Below are positions 17,283 to 27,597 of a DNA stretch of 64,000 nt, in pieces; the first letter of the stretch is position 1, and the number at the start of each line of letters is the position of its first letter. Made by a program: the position numbers and the translations under genes. The stretch is taken from sequence record MF459647.1. One strand, given 5' to 3'. The notes beneath the pieces were generated by a model, which was not told where the DNA came from, made no database searches, and saw only the letters and a list, made by a program, of their open reading frames with translations.

Positions 17283-17634
17283 CCGGCCGCAGGATGTAGC
17301 ACTTTACCTGCTGTATCGCGACCACCCCGATACGCCTCCGGAGTTCTTGCCAGAAGGTTGGTTATTTGATGCGTTGGACAATCATTTCCAGCGCTTGTTT
17401 AATCCCTACTACGGCAACGACCCCGACGACGAGCACGAACTCACGGCAGAGAATATCTTTCAAGACCCGGATGAGACGTTGACGAAGATGCTATTAGGAG
17501 AGGTAAACGAAGGCGACGGTAACATTACCTACGCAGAAGTTTCACCGGCTCCTTTTCGTTTCGTTCACATTGAGACACAAGCCTTTGTGTTTCCGTGTAT
17601 CTTTGTTGACATCTATGGAGCTTTTCGACCATGA
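17260..17634 (+). CDS. Hypothetical acidic protein
   Basis: 124 aa; coupled to the next gene by an ATGA overlap. Confidence 0.65.
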   Translation: MSYLLTNSRPQDVALYLLYRDHPDTPPEFLPEGWLFDALDNHFQRLFNPYYGNDPDDEHELTAENIFQDPDETLTKMLLGEVNEGDGNITYAEVSPAPFRFVHIETQAFVFPCIFVDIYGAFRP

Positions 17635-18041
17635 TCAATCCGAACATTGGAGATATTGTTGATTTCCAATTGGTTCAGAGTGGGATTTACGGTGACAAGC
17701 GCGTGGAGGTTAAAATAACCGGCTTGCTGGATTATAACACCGCGCGCTTAATCGACCCGCAACTGAACAACAAACACACTGCCCTGTTCCCTTACTTCCG
17801 TGAAAGTGTGGGCAACGTGAATGACCCTGCTGCGTATCAGTACATGGCGGTCACGAACTCTGCCGGCACCACAGAGATGGTGGGTCTGCCTTGGGTACTG
17901 GAAGCGACCTTTAAAGCCGTTACCTCACGTACTGCCACCTACGTCATCCAGAACTTCCGCGAAGAGTTCCGGGCTCCTATCCAGCGTTTCCTCGCTGACC
18001 TGGGAGCGGTGTACACCATGGTCACCAACGACAAACAATAA
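17631..18041 (+). CDS. Conserved small beta-rich chimallivirus protein
   Basis: 136 aa, GGAG RBS, last gene before the terminator and DNA polymerase. Confidence 0.7.
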   Translation: MINPNIGDIVDFQLVQSGIYGDKRVEVKITGLLDYNTARLIDPQLNNKHTALFPYFRESVGNVNDPAAYQYMAVTNSAGTTEMVGLPWVLEATFKAVTSRTATYVIQNFREEFRAPIQRFLADLGAVYTMVTNDKQ

Positions 18042-18048
18042 AACCTTA

Positions 18049-18078
18049 CTACTCTTCCTATTAATGTAGGAAGAGTAG
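18049..18078 (+). terminator. Stem-loop terminator
   Basis: CTACTCTTCCTA-TTAATG-TAGGAAGAGTAG. Confidence 0.75.
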
Positions 18079-18121
18079 CTAACCTCTATTCGCTTTTTAT
18101 TTTTTCGTAAGGATAACTGAC

Positions 18122-20194
18122 ATGAGTACTGTTTCCCCGTTCAGAGAATCCCAATATACTGCTGACCGTGATTTAGAGAAACATTATCATAATCAGGCTG
18201 CCTTATTGCTCAGTAAAGTTTATAACGTAGACCAAGAGAAACTTAAACCATTGGTACAGGAAGTGTTTGTACCGAACTACAACGGGTTTAAAGAAGCCAA
18301 GATTCAGGTTGTCGAAAAGAACAAATACGGGGACCGTGAACTCACGGTAAAAAGTGCGCGCCAGTTCTTCAAAGAAGTTCAGGACAATAACTACCATTTA
18401 TCTCCTTCTTTGGTGGCGTACAAACACTCGGACGAAGAACAATCTGTTAACTCAATTGGTACTGAAGAGTTTCTGAAAGCACGTAAGCACTTTAAAGGTA
18501 AACGTCAGGAAGCGAAAGCCGCCGGGGACAAAGTTGCGGAACGTGCCTTTAACCAAATTCAGAACGCGTTAAAAATCTTCAACAACGCCCAGTCTGGTGC
18601 AATGTCATCAAACGGGACGCCGCTGAACAATAAATCGGGTCACACGACTTTGACCTCTACCTGTCGTGTATTGACTTCCACAGCCAACATTTGTAATGAA
18701 CGTTTGTTAACCGGTAACCGGTTGTTCTTGAACTACGAACGAACGATGGAAAACTTCTTGTCGCTGTTAACTGCCACCGACTTGAAGCGTGTACAAACAG
18801 TTATGGATACGTTGGACATGGTCCACGCCACCACCGAACAGGTGATGGACATGGTCAGTCGTTGTGCACATTATTACTGGAGCGACCGCAAGCGTATGGC
18901 CATGCTGCGGGAATTCGTTGAGCGGTTAACGCCGGTTGAACGAACCGTTATCCTGTGTGTGATGGACCTCAACGGTCTGATGACCACCAACCAGAAAACC
19001 TTAACGGCGTTCCTGGATGACTGGTGTCAGGTGCCAACCATTCCAGCAGATGCGAAAGCCGAAGACTTTGTAGCGCCGGCTAACACCGACTACTACATTC
19101 TGGCCATTACCAAGCTGGGTGAGAAACCAAGCAAGCTGGCCATTAACCACCTGAACTCGTACCACCTGACGGTTGAAGAGAAATGGAAAGACTTTATTGA
19201 AGTGTTCATGAAGTCGAAGATTCCGCCGTCGGGTATCTACAGCATCAAAGAGATGATTCGTGAATCCGTATTGACTTCGGATACCGACTCCTCTATCTAC
19301 ACTGTGGACAACCTGATCGACAAGTACACGCAAGACCTCAACGTTGCACTGCGACTGAACGGGGTACTGACGTACTTTGTGCGTATGATTGCTGTACATC
19401 AACACGCACAGTTCAGTAAGAACATGAACGTGGCCGAGAAGAACTTGTATCGTCTCAACATGAAGAACGAATACCTGTTCGGCTCTTACGTAACCACGCT
19501 GATGTCTAAGCACTACTTTGCCACGCAGATGATGGTAGAGGGTGTACTGAACAAAGAGATCGAAATGGAAATCAAAGGGGTTCACTTACGGTCGTCGAAA
19601 GTGGCACTGGAAATCAAAGAGTTTGCGCACAAGTTAATGCGTGACATCTTGGATGCGGTGTACGAGAAGCGACAGTTGGATGCACCGGCGATTTTACATC
19701 AGGTGGGGAACCTGGAACGTCAGATTATTCAAGATATCGAAAGCGGCAGCCCGGTGTGGTTAACGCGTGCTACTATTAAGGACAAGGCGGTTTACTCCAA
19801 CCCAGACTCCAGCATCTACTATTACCACGAACTGTGGGAAGCAGTGTTTGCTGAGAAGTACGGGAAGGCTCCTGAGATTCCGTATACGGCGATTAAAATC
19901 AACACCAATACGGATTCCAAAAGTCGTTTCAACGAGTACCTGGAAACGATTAAGGACGCTCAGTTGCGTGAACGCATGAAGACCTTTGTGGAAGGCAAAG
20001 ATAAACTGACGACGTTCTATTTGCCGATGGAAATGGTGAGCAGCATTGGTGGGATACCGAAAGAGATGATTGCGGGTGCGGACATTCGTTCTATCATCAA
20101 CCAGAACCTCAAGTCTGTGTATGCGGTTTTGGAGACAACGGGTATCTATCTGTTAAACGACAAAATCACGAGGCTGGTATCGGATGAGCACTAA
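18122..20194 (+). CDS. Family B DNA polymerase, polymerase-domain subunit of the split enzyme (phiKZ gp50-like)
   Basis: Motif B QNALKIFNNAQSG and motif C TSDTDSSIY; lacks the exonuclease motifs and motif A, which are in 49978-51735. Confidence 0.88.
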   Translation: MSTVSPFRESQYTADRDLEKHYHNQAALLLSKVYNVDQEKLKPLVQEVFVPNYNGFKEAKIQVVEKNKYGDRELTVKSARQFFKEVQDNNYHLSPSLVAYKHSDEEQSVNSIGTEEFLKARKHFKGKRQEAKAAGDKVAERAFNQIQNALKIFNNAQSGAMSSNGTPLNNKSGHTTLTSTCRVLTSTANICNERLLTGNRLFLNYERTMENFLSLLTATDLKRVQTVMDTLDMVHATTEQVMDMVSRCAHYYWSDRKRMAMLREFVERLTPVERTVILCVMDLNGLMTTNQKTLTAFLDDWCQVPTIPADAKAEDFVAPANTDYYILAITKLGEKPSKLAINHLNSYHLTVEEKWKDFIEVFMKSKIPPSGIYSIKEMIRESVLTSDTDSSIYTVDNLIDKYTQDLNVALRLNGVLTYFVRMIAVHQHAQFSKNMNVAEKNLYRLNMKNEYLFGSYVTTLMSKHYFATQMMVEGVLNKEIEMEIKGVHLRSSKVALEIKEFAHKLMRDILDAVYEKRQLDAPAILHQVGNLERQIIQDIESGSPVWLTRATIKDKAVYSNPDSSIYYYHELWEAVFAEKYGKAPEIPYTAIKINTNTDSKSRFNEYLETIKDAQLRERMKTFVEGKDKLTTFYLPMEMVSSIGGIPKEMIAGADIRSIINQNLKSVYAVLETTGIYLLNDKITRLVSDEH

Positions 20195-20414
20195 TCCTAG
20201 CTTTACTGTAGCGGTTCACCCGGCGGAAATCTGGGGACCGCGTTGGCGGGGAGTGGAGGCCATGATCAAGGTCTGGGCAGAAACTTGCCTGCCAGAAAGA
20301 AACACGGTTCAGTGTCCAGAAACCACCCATTGGGACATGAACATCTACCAGCCGCCTTTCGACAGCGTGGTAGAAAAAGTGCGTCGTCACCCTGATCCAA
20401 AGTACCGTAAATAA
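20184..20414 (+). CDS. Small hypothetical protein
   Basis: 76 aa overlapping the polymerase stop; followed by the palindromic hairpin 20431-20457. Confidence 0.55.
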   Translation: MSTNPSFTVAVHPAEIWGPRWRGVEAMIKVWAETCLPERNTVQCPETTHWDMNIYQPPFDSVVEKVRRHPDPKYRK

Positions 20415-20430
20415 GTTATATTCTATGTAA

Positions 20431-20457
20431 AGAGCCCAGGGGAATTCCCCTGGGTCT
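20431..20457. terminator. Bidirectional terminator
   Basis: GAGCCCAGGGGAA|TTCCCCTGGGTCTC between convergent genes. Confidence 0.7.
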
Positions 20458-20474
20458 CTCTTAAGAGGATCACG

Positions 20475-21581
20475 TTAGCTCATGTTGATTTTGTTCAATG
20501 CCTGCACTTTTAAGGCCAGCTCAGTCAGGTGACCTTTAACCGCTTTGTCGGTTATCCGTTGATAGTTGTTAATCATCTTCGGCACCGCAATGGCGATTTG
20601 TGTATTGATGTCCCCGGCCTTATAGGACAGCTCATTGGCAATGGTCAAGTACAAGGCAAACAGTTTCAAGGTTCGTGGTTCGTACACCCAACGGGTTTGA
20701 GCAAACATCTTAATGCGGTCGCTCTCCCGCAGGAAGTCGAAATACGGTACCGCATAGAGGCTGCTAATCTGTGCCAGCAAATGCCCAAGGTTGTCTAAAC
20801 GACGCCCTTTAATGGCGCGCACCAGCCAGCTCATGTAGTCGGTTAACCGTTTACGAACATCCGTGGTAATAAAGGTCACGTCTTCGGGATTCATTAAGTC
20901 CCCGTACGGCCTTTCATTTACTACGTGTTCATATAAGGTATTGACCACGTTCATCTGGTTGTGAATCAGCTGAGCATTGACCAGCGGGTATTTTACCAGA
21001 TAGGCATGAATACCGGTATCGACTTCACGCAGCTGATGCATGTAGTACCACCACCCCACGGCCAGCTCTACCACATCAATCCCAATAAAGGCAATCCCAC
21101 CGGCACCGTGAAAGGTCTTGTGACCAATACGTTCAATGCTGGGTTTGTAACTGTGAAAGTTTACTGTGCTGTACATCGGTATAACGGGACACAGGTGCTC
21201 GATGCGAGTCAGGTCTTCGTCGTAGGTTTTGTTGTTGTCCAGTAAGAACAACACTTCTTTAACGCCGTTGCCGTAGAACACATCGCTCTGTGGTTCACCG
21301 AGGTGTTGGATGTTGGTAATTTTAAACAGCGTACTTAATGTATATGCGCGGAAACGTGCATAGGTCACCACATACTCCAGTGACCAGTCTGGACTGATTG
21401 CTAACTGTTGTAACAACCCAACTAACACATGTTGGTTAGGCAAGTTGTAGTTCACCATCGCAACACGTTGCATCAAAGCGCGTCGGTTGAATTCGGTATC
21501 CCTGATTAAATTGTTAAGCGGTCCATAGTTTAATAAAGGATATTTGAATTGGGTGAATGAAGGTAAAGAGAGAGTGTTCAT
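20475..21581 (-). CDS. Conserved chimallivirus protein divergent from chimallin
   Basis: Probable start ATG at 21581 (MNTLSLP); the upstream extension runs through the chmA promoter region. Confidence 0.7.
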   Translation of the reverse strand: MNTLSLPSFTQFKYPLLNYGPLNNLIRDTEFNRRALMQRVAMVNYNLPNQHVLVGLLQQLAISPDWSLEYVVTYARFRAYTLSTLFKITNIQHLGEPQSDVFYGNGVKEVLFLLDNNKTYDEDLTRIEHLCPVIPMYSTVNFHSYKPSIERIGHKTFHGAGGIAFIGIDVVELAVGWWYYMHQLREVDTGIHAYLVKYPLVNAQLIHNQMNVVNTLYEHVVNERPYGDLMNPEDVTFITTDVRKRLTDYMSWLVRAIKGRRLDNLGHLLAQISSLYAVPYFDFLRESDRIKMFAQTRWVYEPRTLKLFALYLTIANELSYKAGDINTQIAIAVPKMINNYQRITDKAVKGHLTELALKVQALNKINMS

Positions 21582-21701
21582 TAATTTTTTACCTGCATCA
21601 TCTATTATATGTAAATAATCACTCGGGCACAACCCGGGGAATGGGACCAGAACGTTTTTTGGCTTTCTATACGATTGCCGGTCGGCGAAAGTCCATTGCC
21701 T

Positions 21702-21734
21702 AAAAATTTTCAACCCTGTATTATTAACGTGAAT
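21702..21734 (+). promoter_or_regulatory. Phage early-type promoter of chimallin
   Basis: AAAAATTTTCAACCCTGTATTATTAACGTGAAT; nearly identical to the 9045 copy. Confidence 0.75.
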
Positions 21735-21815
21735 GGATATAAAGAAATCATATCTTTTATCCTCGCTTAAGCTAATAAACGTTTATTACCTAACATCCGT
21801 AAATGGAGAATAAGA

Positions 21816-23801
21816 ATGTCTTTAAACAACAGCTCTAACTGGAATGGCGGCAACAAGGAAGAAAACAACCAGTCTGGTCAGAACGCGGGTTCTCAGAACA
21901 CCAATGCTCAGGGCCTGGTTGGTCTGTTCCAGCAGACGTCCATGACGTCTGATAACCGTAACCTCAAAGACGTCACCGACGTCCGTGAACAAATCATCGA
22001 GTTCTACAAAACTCAGAAGTCCTCCACGACCTCTCAGCTGCAGCAGCAAATCATTCCGGAAGTGGAAGCGATGACCGCCACCATTTCTCCGCAGCTGCCG
22101 GGCCTGTGTTTCTACCGCGAAATCCAGGGCCAGATGTACGTGATGGGCGTCCTGTTCTCCAACAACAACCTGGCGATCTCTACTGAGCAAATCAACGTTG
22201 CCGGTTTCGGTGGCAATGGTTCTCAGCGCGTGTCTATTCCGCTGACGCCGGCTGACTATGCAAACGGTCAGGTTATCGAAGGTATCCGTAACCACTACCG
22301 CAGCGTAGCATCAGCACGTCAGATTAACACCGTCAACATCATCAACGTTGTCGTGGCTGATCTGGAAATGTACACCCACGCTGAAATCGTTGACGCGGCT
22401 AACCGCATCGACACCATCGCCAACTGGCTGACCCGTGAGTGGGAAGAAGCGATCCTGGTTAAAGCGGCCGAGCAGGCAACTGCTGCGCAGATTTCTCTGC
22501 CGTCTCCGTTCAAAGAGAACAAACCGTTCGGCAACAACAACGCCGCAGAAGCGCGCGTCAACGTTGTTAGCGGCCGTCTGAACACGGCGCGTCAGCTGTC
22601 TCCGGCGAACATGGAAGTCATCGTGTCTACCATGAACCCGAACAGCAACAGCCAGTCTCAGAACAGCAAAGAAATCGCTCGTATCAAAGCGACGGTTTCC
22701 CTGAAAGGCGTCTCCTTCCAGGAGCACCAGCAGGCGCTGATGGCGAACCAGAACGCACAGCAGAACTTCATGCAAATGATGGGTCTGGGTGGTTCGGTTT
22801 ACCCGAACGGCTACCGTCCGCTGCGTCCGGTTATCACTCTGGACCAGGTCCAGTCTGGTGAGCAGATGAACTACAACGGCGGTCTGGCTCCGTACTTCTT
22901 CGGCCTGTTTGCCCTGATGTGCACCAACAACAACTACGTGTTCGCAGAAGCTCTGCGTCGTGTAAGCGTTGGCGCTCGTGGCAACCTGTCTGATCTGGAA
23001 GTGCGTATCAACCAACTGCTGCAGGGTTCCGGTGTGCCTAACCCGCAGAACCGTATCCAGCTGACTGACAAAACCATCTCTGACACCGACGTGGTGAACC
23101 AGTGGATTCGTCAGAACGTCGCTCCGCACGCAACCTTCCAGACCAACCTGGTACTGCGCGGCGTGAACGGCTCTGTTAACAACTTCCTGCTGCGTCTCGC
23201 AGGTGGTGCTGGTCGCGGTGAAGCGATTAACACGGTTGTTAACTGCCTGGATGCAATCTCCAACGGCGCGGCATCTACCCTGATCGCTCGCAACCACACC
23301 TCCGGCAAAGGCTGGACCAAAGACAAGCCGATTCTGCACCGTACCGCAGAAATCGCTATCAACGGTCTGGCGACTTACGGCGACAAACAGCTGAACACGC
23401 TGGAAATCGACGAAATGCTGCTGGGTCACGTGAAGGGCAAAAATGGTATCAACGCCATTGCTGACTTCCTCCGCGTACAGTACGGCACCGACAACGAAGA
23501 GTTCAAGTCTCGTGCGCAGAAACTGCGTATCCAGCTGAACGAATCGCTGTTCGACGGCGCAGTGCACATCAACAACTTCTCTCAGGTTCACATCTGGGAT
23601 CCGCTGTTCATGCAGCTGCTGGGTGAGTGCATGGCTGATATCGGCGCAATGAACGTCGCTAACAACCTGGGCTCGTTCCGTACTACTAACCTGGTCTACG
23701 CACCGGGCGCTGGTCTGGCAACCTACGCTTCTGCTGGCAGCAACGGTAACGTTGGCGGCATGATGGCGTCTGGTTTCTTTAACGGTGTACCGTTCGCGTA
23801 A
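21816..23801 (+). CDS. chmA: Chimallin, major phage nuclear shell protein (phiKZ gp54-like)
   Basis: 661 aa, extreme high-expression codon bias, own early promoter and terminator, directly upstream of the nvRNAP beta-prime N-terminal gene as in nucleus-forming phages. Confidence 0.82.
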   Translation: MSLNNSSNWNGGNKEENNQSGQNAGSQNTNAQGLVGLFQQTSMTSDNRNLKDVTDVREQIIEFYKTQKSSTTSQLQQQIIPEVEAMTATISPQLPGLCFYREIQGQMYVMGVLFSNNNLAISTEQINVAGFGGNGSQRVSIPLTPADYANGQVIEGIRNHYRSVASARQINTVNIINVVVADLEMYTHAEIVDAANRIDTIANWLTREWEEAILVKAAEQATAAQISLPSPFKENKPFGNNNAAEARVNVVSGRLNTARQLSPANMEVIVSTMNPNSNSQSQNSKEIARIKATVSLKGVSFQEHQQALMANQNAQQNFMQMMGLGGSVYPNGYRPLRPVITLDQVQSGEQMNYNGGLAPYFFGLFALMCTNNNYVFAEALRRVSVGARGNLSDLEVRINQLLQGSGVPNPQNRIQLTDKTISDTDVVNQWIRQNVAPHATFQTNLVLRGVNGSVNNFLLRLAGGAGRGEAINTVVNCLDAISNGAASTLIARNHTSGKGWTKDKPILHRTAEIAINGLATYGDKQLNTLEIDEMLLGHVKGKNGINAIADFLRVQYGTDNEEFKSRAQKLRIQLNESLFDGAVHINNFSQVHIWDPLFMQLLGECMADIGAMNVANNLGSFRTTNLVYAPGAGLATYASAGSNGNVGGMMASGFFNGVPFA

Positions 23802-23825
23802 TCGGTTAGCATAAAACCAAATAAG

Positions 23826-23860
23826 CTAAGGGGGTTTCGACTCCCTTAGCTTTATTTCGC
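23826..23860 (+). terminator. Intrinsic terminator after chmA
   Basis: GCTAAGGGGG-TTTCGA-CTCCCTTAGC followed by TTTATTT. Confidence 0.75.
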
Positions 23861-23884
23861 TTTTTAATTTTTTGAGGTACCGCT

Positions 23885-25516
23885 GTGAACATACCCGACT
23901 TAACGCCGTCTAATGAGTTAGCCATTAAAGCGCTCACTAACCCGCGTTTAAATCACTTCGATCCCATCACCGACTTCATGGGTTTCGCACAACGCTACGG
24001 TGGGGATTTAACGGACGACCCTCAATTTTCGAAACCGCTGTATTTTGATTTTGAAGATTACGATTATCTTCATGATACTTCCCGTTTGACGCCGGTGTAT
24101 CTTAACGACTTCGACTTTAACTTAGAAGAAGACCGTGAACGTCTGGCGACATTAACCCGTATGGATTTCAGCGGTAACACGTTTGAGTCTATTGCGGTAT
24201 GCAGTCCCGATTGTGGACATCTGAAAGGCAACTACCTGATCGGCTCAGACCGAACCTGTTCGAAATGCGGTAACAAAGTTGAGCGTTTCTTGAACCGTGG
24301 CAGCGACACCAAACTGTGGTTGCGTTTGCCCGAAGGCGTGAAGGCATTTGTGAACATTGGCGTTTACAATACCTTCCTTACCAGTATCACCATCAGTAAC
24401 AGTGGCTCACCGAAAATCTGTCTGCCGCGTTACTTCATCGATCCGAACTACCGCAAGCACGAAAACAAGCGTCGCATTACCACACTGAGTGTGCTGCATA
24501 ATGTGCTGTCTGATTTGGACATTAAAGAGGTGAACCTTAACACCTTTGTGGACAACTACGACCGCATCATGCAATACCTGTTAATGGGTCCGGGTAAACG
24601 CTATACCGGCCTGGGTGAACGTGTCACTGATATGCTGGCGCTGTATCACCAAACCCGCAAGATTGTCTTTAACCATTACCTCAAGGTACCGAACCGTTAC
24701 AGTACCGTTATTGAGCGTGGCGACAAAGACGTCTACTGTGCAGAAGGGCAATTAGAAACCACCCAGATTTACTACGCCATTGCCGATACCGCGAAGTCTG
24801 ATGAATACTATCAGCTCAGCGAAAAGGAGATTCTGCGTAACGTAGAAATCGTGGGCAAGAATCTGGTGAAGCTCACTGAACAGTACGGGAAAGTCAATAA
24901 CCCGAAGATGATCTTTCACAAGAAAGGTCTGAGTCGTAAACACGTGTGTTCAGGTTCTATCCCAATGACCGGTCGTTCGGTTATTACCAGTCAGACCGGG
25001 ATTATGGACCCAGGCAACCTGGAGATTCCGTGGAAGATTGCGTTGGCGATTCTGGAGTACCACATTGTGGGGTTCCTGTACCGTCAAGCCAAGACACCGT
25101 GGGAAGCCTATCGCCACATGAACCTGGCGGCACACGAAGTGGATGATCTGATTGACGGATTCTTCCGTCGTATGGAAGACGAGCGTAAGGCGCTGATTCA
25201 AGCGGGTCGTAACCCGTCGATTGAATACCTCAGCCTGCGTACCTTCTTCCTGAGCGTTAACCGTAACCTGCACGATGAGTCGATTAAGTTACCTATCCTG
25301 GCCTGTGCTCCTATGAACGCAGACTTTGATGGCGATAACGAATACCTGCTCTTCCTGCTGGATTTGGAATCCAAAGCCAAAGCGTACGGGGCGTTCGGTC
25401 ATCACCTGATGTTAGACACCAATCAGTTGTTCAAGGTAAACCGGTATGCGGCACAAGCGGCCACAAACTACATGAACCTGAACATCATGATGCAAAACAC
25501 ACCGGTGGTTGAATGA
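23885..25516 (+). CDS. Non-virion RNA polymerase beta-prime-like subunit, catalytic part (phiKZ gp55-like)
   Basis: Zn ribbon CSPDC...CSKC and catalytic NADFDGD motif; uninterrupted. Confidence 0.92.
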   Translation: MNIPDLTPSNELAIKALTNPRLNHFDPITDFMGFAQRYGGDLTDDPQFSKPLYFDFEDYDYLHDTSRLTPVYLNDFDFNLEEDRERLATLTRMDFSGNTFESIAVCSPDCGHLKGNYLIGSDRTCSKCGNKVERFLNRGSDTKLWLRLPEGVKAFVNIGVYNTFLTSITISNSGSPKICLPRYFIDPNYRKHENKRRITTLSVLHNVLSDLDIKEVNLNTFVDNYDRIMQYLLMGPGKRYTGLGERVTDMLALYHQTRKIVFNHYLKVPNRYSTVIERGDKDVYCAEGQLETTQIYYAIADTAKSDEYYQLSEKEILRNVEIVGKNLVKLTEQYGKVNNPKMIFHKKGLSRKHVCSGSIPMTGRSVITSQTGIMDPGNLEIPWKIALAILEYHIVGFLYRQAKTPWEAYRHMNLAAHEVDDLIDGFFRRMEDERKALIQAGRNPSIEYLSLRTFFLSVNRNLHDESIKLPILACAPMNADFDGDNEYLLFLLDLESKAKAYGAFGHHLMLDTNQLFKVNRYAAQAATNYMNLNIMMQNTPVVE

Positions 25517-26157
25517 ATAGTGCAAACGCGTTCAGTTATGCAATCTCGGGGGCAATGGGCGAAAAGCAAATTCAGTCCTATGCCAACTTCGTGAATCTGG
25601 CACACCAAAACCTCGTTGGGGTGGGTAGCTGGCTTCAGGAACAAGCTGAGCGTACCATGAACCAGTTCAACAATTTCGTGAACTCTCGTGCATGGGAACT
25701 CAGTAGCCGTCTGGCGAAAAAGAACGAAGGTGATTATGTAGGGCGTTATGAGATTGGGTATCTGGGGTCATTAACCGGCCTGCAGAATGCACAAGGCTTC
25801 ATGCGTAACTACGTGATGGCCAACCCAAATGTTATGCAGATGTACCTTGATGGCGAGATTTCTGGCTATGACGGGGAACTGCATGCGCGCTGTACTGGGC
25901 TGGCGGAAGAGAACATCTATTACCGTCGGGCCATGAACGGTGTCCTGGACTTCCGGGAAACCGATAACGGAAAACAGCTGCACCACGCTCACTACTTCGA
26001 GCAGGGTAACTCACTGTCCTTCCGTGAACGAGTCGATATCCAACGTACTTGGGCAGCAGCTAATCATCATCTGGCGGCCACCGAGTTTGATATCACGTCA
26101 TCCAACGGCGATAAGCGGAAATCGTTTATCATGGATGATGAAACCCCTTCTGAATAA
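25513..26157 (+). CDS. Conserved hypothetical protein
   Basis: 214 aa, ATGA-coupled to the nvRNAP subunit gene. Confidence 0.7.
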   Translation: MNSANAFSYAISGAMGEKQIQSYANFVNLAHQNLVGVGSWLQEQAERTMNQFNNFVNSRAWELSSRLAKKNEGDYVGRYEIGYLGSLTGLQNAQGFMRNYVMANPNVMQMYLDGEISGYDGELHARCTGLAEENIYYRRAMNGVLDFRETDNGKQLHHAHYFEQGNSLSFRERVDIQRTWAAANHHLAATEFDITSSNGDKRKSFIMDDETPSE

Positions 26158-26212
26158 TTAACCTCTGCGCCAATGCTTCGGTGTTGGCGTAGTTTCTATA
26201 GGAGTCCAGGCC

Positions 26213-26455
26213 ATGGGCGAGAAACAAGAATTTGTAGTACAAGGTGTGCATGAGTACCAGTATAACGGTGAGACGCACTGTGAAGCCGTAAGCGACGATA
26301 AAGCCAAGTTCTGGTCCGTCTATCGGGTTGATCATCAAGGCCTCTCCTCGGCGCTGTGTGATTGCCCTACGCGTGCTGACGCCGAGTTCATCGCAACCCG
26401 TTTGAACTTCGTCAAGGAAATGCGCGAAGAGCTCAACGCGATGTTGGCGAAGTAA
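26213..26455 (+). CDS. Small hypothetical protein
   Basis: AGGAG RBS, 80 aa, followed by the hairpin GAGGTGGG-GTTT-CCCACCTC and a T-tract. Confidence 0.65.
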   Translation: MGEKQEFVVQGVHEYQYNGETHCEAVSDDKAKFWSVYRVDHQGLSSALCDCPTRADAEFIATRLNFVKEMREELNAMLAK

Positions 26456-26603
26456 AGTAGTTGAGGTGGGGTTTCCCACCTCTGTTTCCTTTGTTCTTTT
26501 ATTTTTAGTTTACAGCTGATTTCAGGTCTATATAGTTAAGGTGAATAAAGTAATAGAAACTTTATCATTCTCACATTTAACTATAATGAAAGGAATTGAA
26601 ATC

Positions 26604-26972
26604 ATGGCTAAATTAACAATTAACTTCGACGCTTCCATCCTGAACGAACTGCACACCAAACGTTGGAACTACCTGATTGGTCTGCTGGAAAACGACGCGC
26701 TGTTCGTCGATGACCATCGTCACGGTATGGAACCAACCAAGCTGCCATACAGTGCGCTGATTGTGCACATGCGTGATGAAGTTGTAAACATCTGCCCGTT
26801 CATTGACAACACGCCGTACTTCTGCATTAACCCGCTGACGCCAGTTGAAGGTGTTATTCATCTGGACCGTAACAGCTGTGGTCACACCATTATGCGTGAA
26901 GGCAGCAAGAAATGGCAGTTGGACCAACTGGTAGCAAAAGGCGAAATCGCCGGTTACATCGAAATTAATTAA
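26604..26972 (+). CDS. Hypothetical protein
   Basis: ATG at 26604 with AAGGA RBS; looser early-type motif at 26519-26546. Confidence 0.7.
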   Translation: MAKLTINFDASILNELHTKRWNYLIGLLENDALFVDDHRHGMEPTKLPYSALIVHMRDEVVNICPFIDNTPYFCINPLTPVEGVIHLDRNSCGHTIMREGSKKWQLDQLVAKGEIAGYIEIN

Positions 26973-26995
26973 TTGAATCAATAAAGGAAACAGTC

Positions 26996-27118
26996 ATGCA
27001 AACTCTCGGCATCGCATTCTTTGTAGCAGCGTTCACTCCAGTAGTTATCGGCTTAGCGTATTACTTCATTAAAGACATGCGTGCCGAAAACCAACCCATG
27101 GCTGTACGCAACAAGTAA
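26996..27118 (+). CDS. 40-aa single-pass membrane peptide (missing from the ORF track)
   Basis: AAAGGAAA RBS; MQTLGIAFFVAAFTPVVIGLAYYFIKDMRAENQPMAVRNK; followed by the terminator AGCCCTGCA-TC-TGCAGGGCT. Confidence 0.7.
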   Translation: MQTLGIAFFVAAFTPVVIGLAYYFIKDMRAENQPMAVRNK

Positions 27119-27186
27119 GTCATAGCCCTGCATCTGCAGGGCTTAGCTTTCTCATCATTATTTTTTTTTTTCGTAAAGGAATTCCC

Positions 27187-27597
27187 ATGTCTACTTTTTG
27201 TGTGGCAACCATGTCCACAGAGAACGGATGGGAGACCCAGTCGGTCCCCACGGCTCTGTCGCTCCATTTAATGTATTGGTTCGCTTCCCGTCGTAATCAA
27301 TCTAAAAACTTGGCTAATGTCCCCAGCTTCTATTATCTGTGGCAAAAGTACGGCACCAACAAAGAGCAACTGATTTCTAACTGTCGTCAAGAACTCATTC
27401 AGTATATGTCTGAATTGTTCGATTCCCCGAAGGTGGAAGTGACCGCAGTGGATACTTCAGAAGCCGGCAGTAGCTTCCGTTTGGTGTTCGCAGTACAAGT
27501 ATTTTCTGACGGGACGAACTATGACTTAGCAAGGTCCGTGTTAATTACAAACGAAATGTATAAAGTTCTGGACGAGGAGAGATTAAATAATGCATGA
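27187..27597 (+). CDS. Conserved protein, possibly a T4 gp25-like baseplate wedge/sheath initiator
   Basis: 136 aa; helix followed by a beta pattern (ELIQYMSELFD..VEV..FRLVFAVQV) resembling the gp25 family; inference. Confidence 0.5.
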   Translation: MSTFCVATMSTENGWETQSVPTALSLHLMYWFASRRNQSKNLANVPSFYYLWQKYGTNKEQLISNCRQELIQYMSELFDSPKVEVTAVDTSEAGSSFRLVFAVQVFSDGTNYDLARSVLITNEMYKVLDEERLNNA

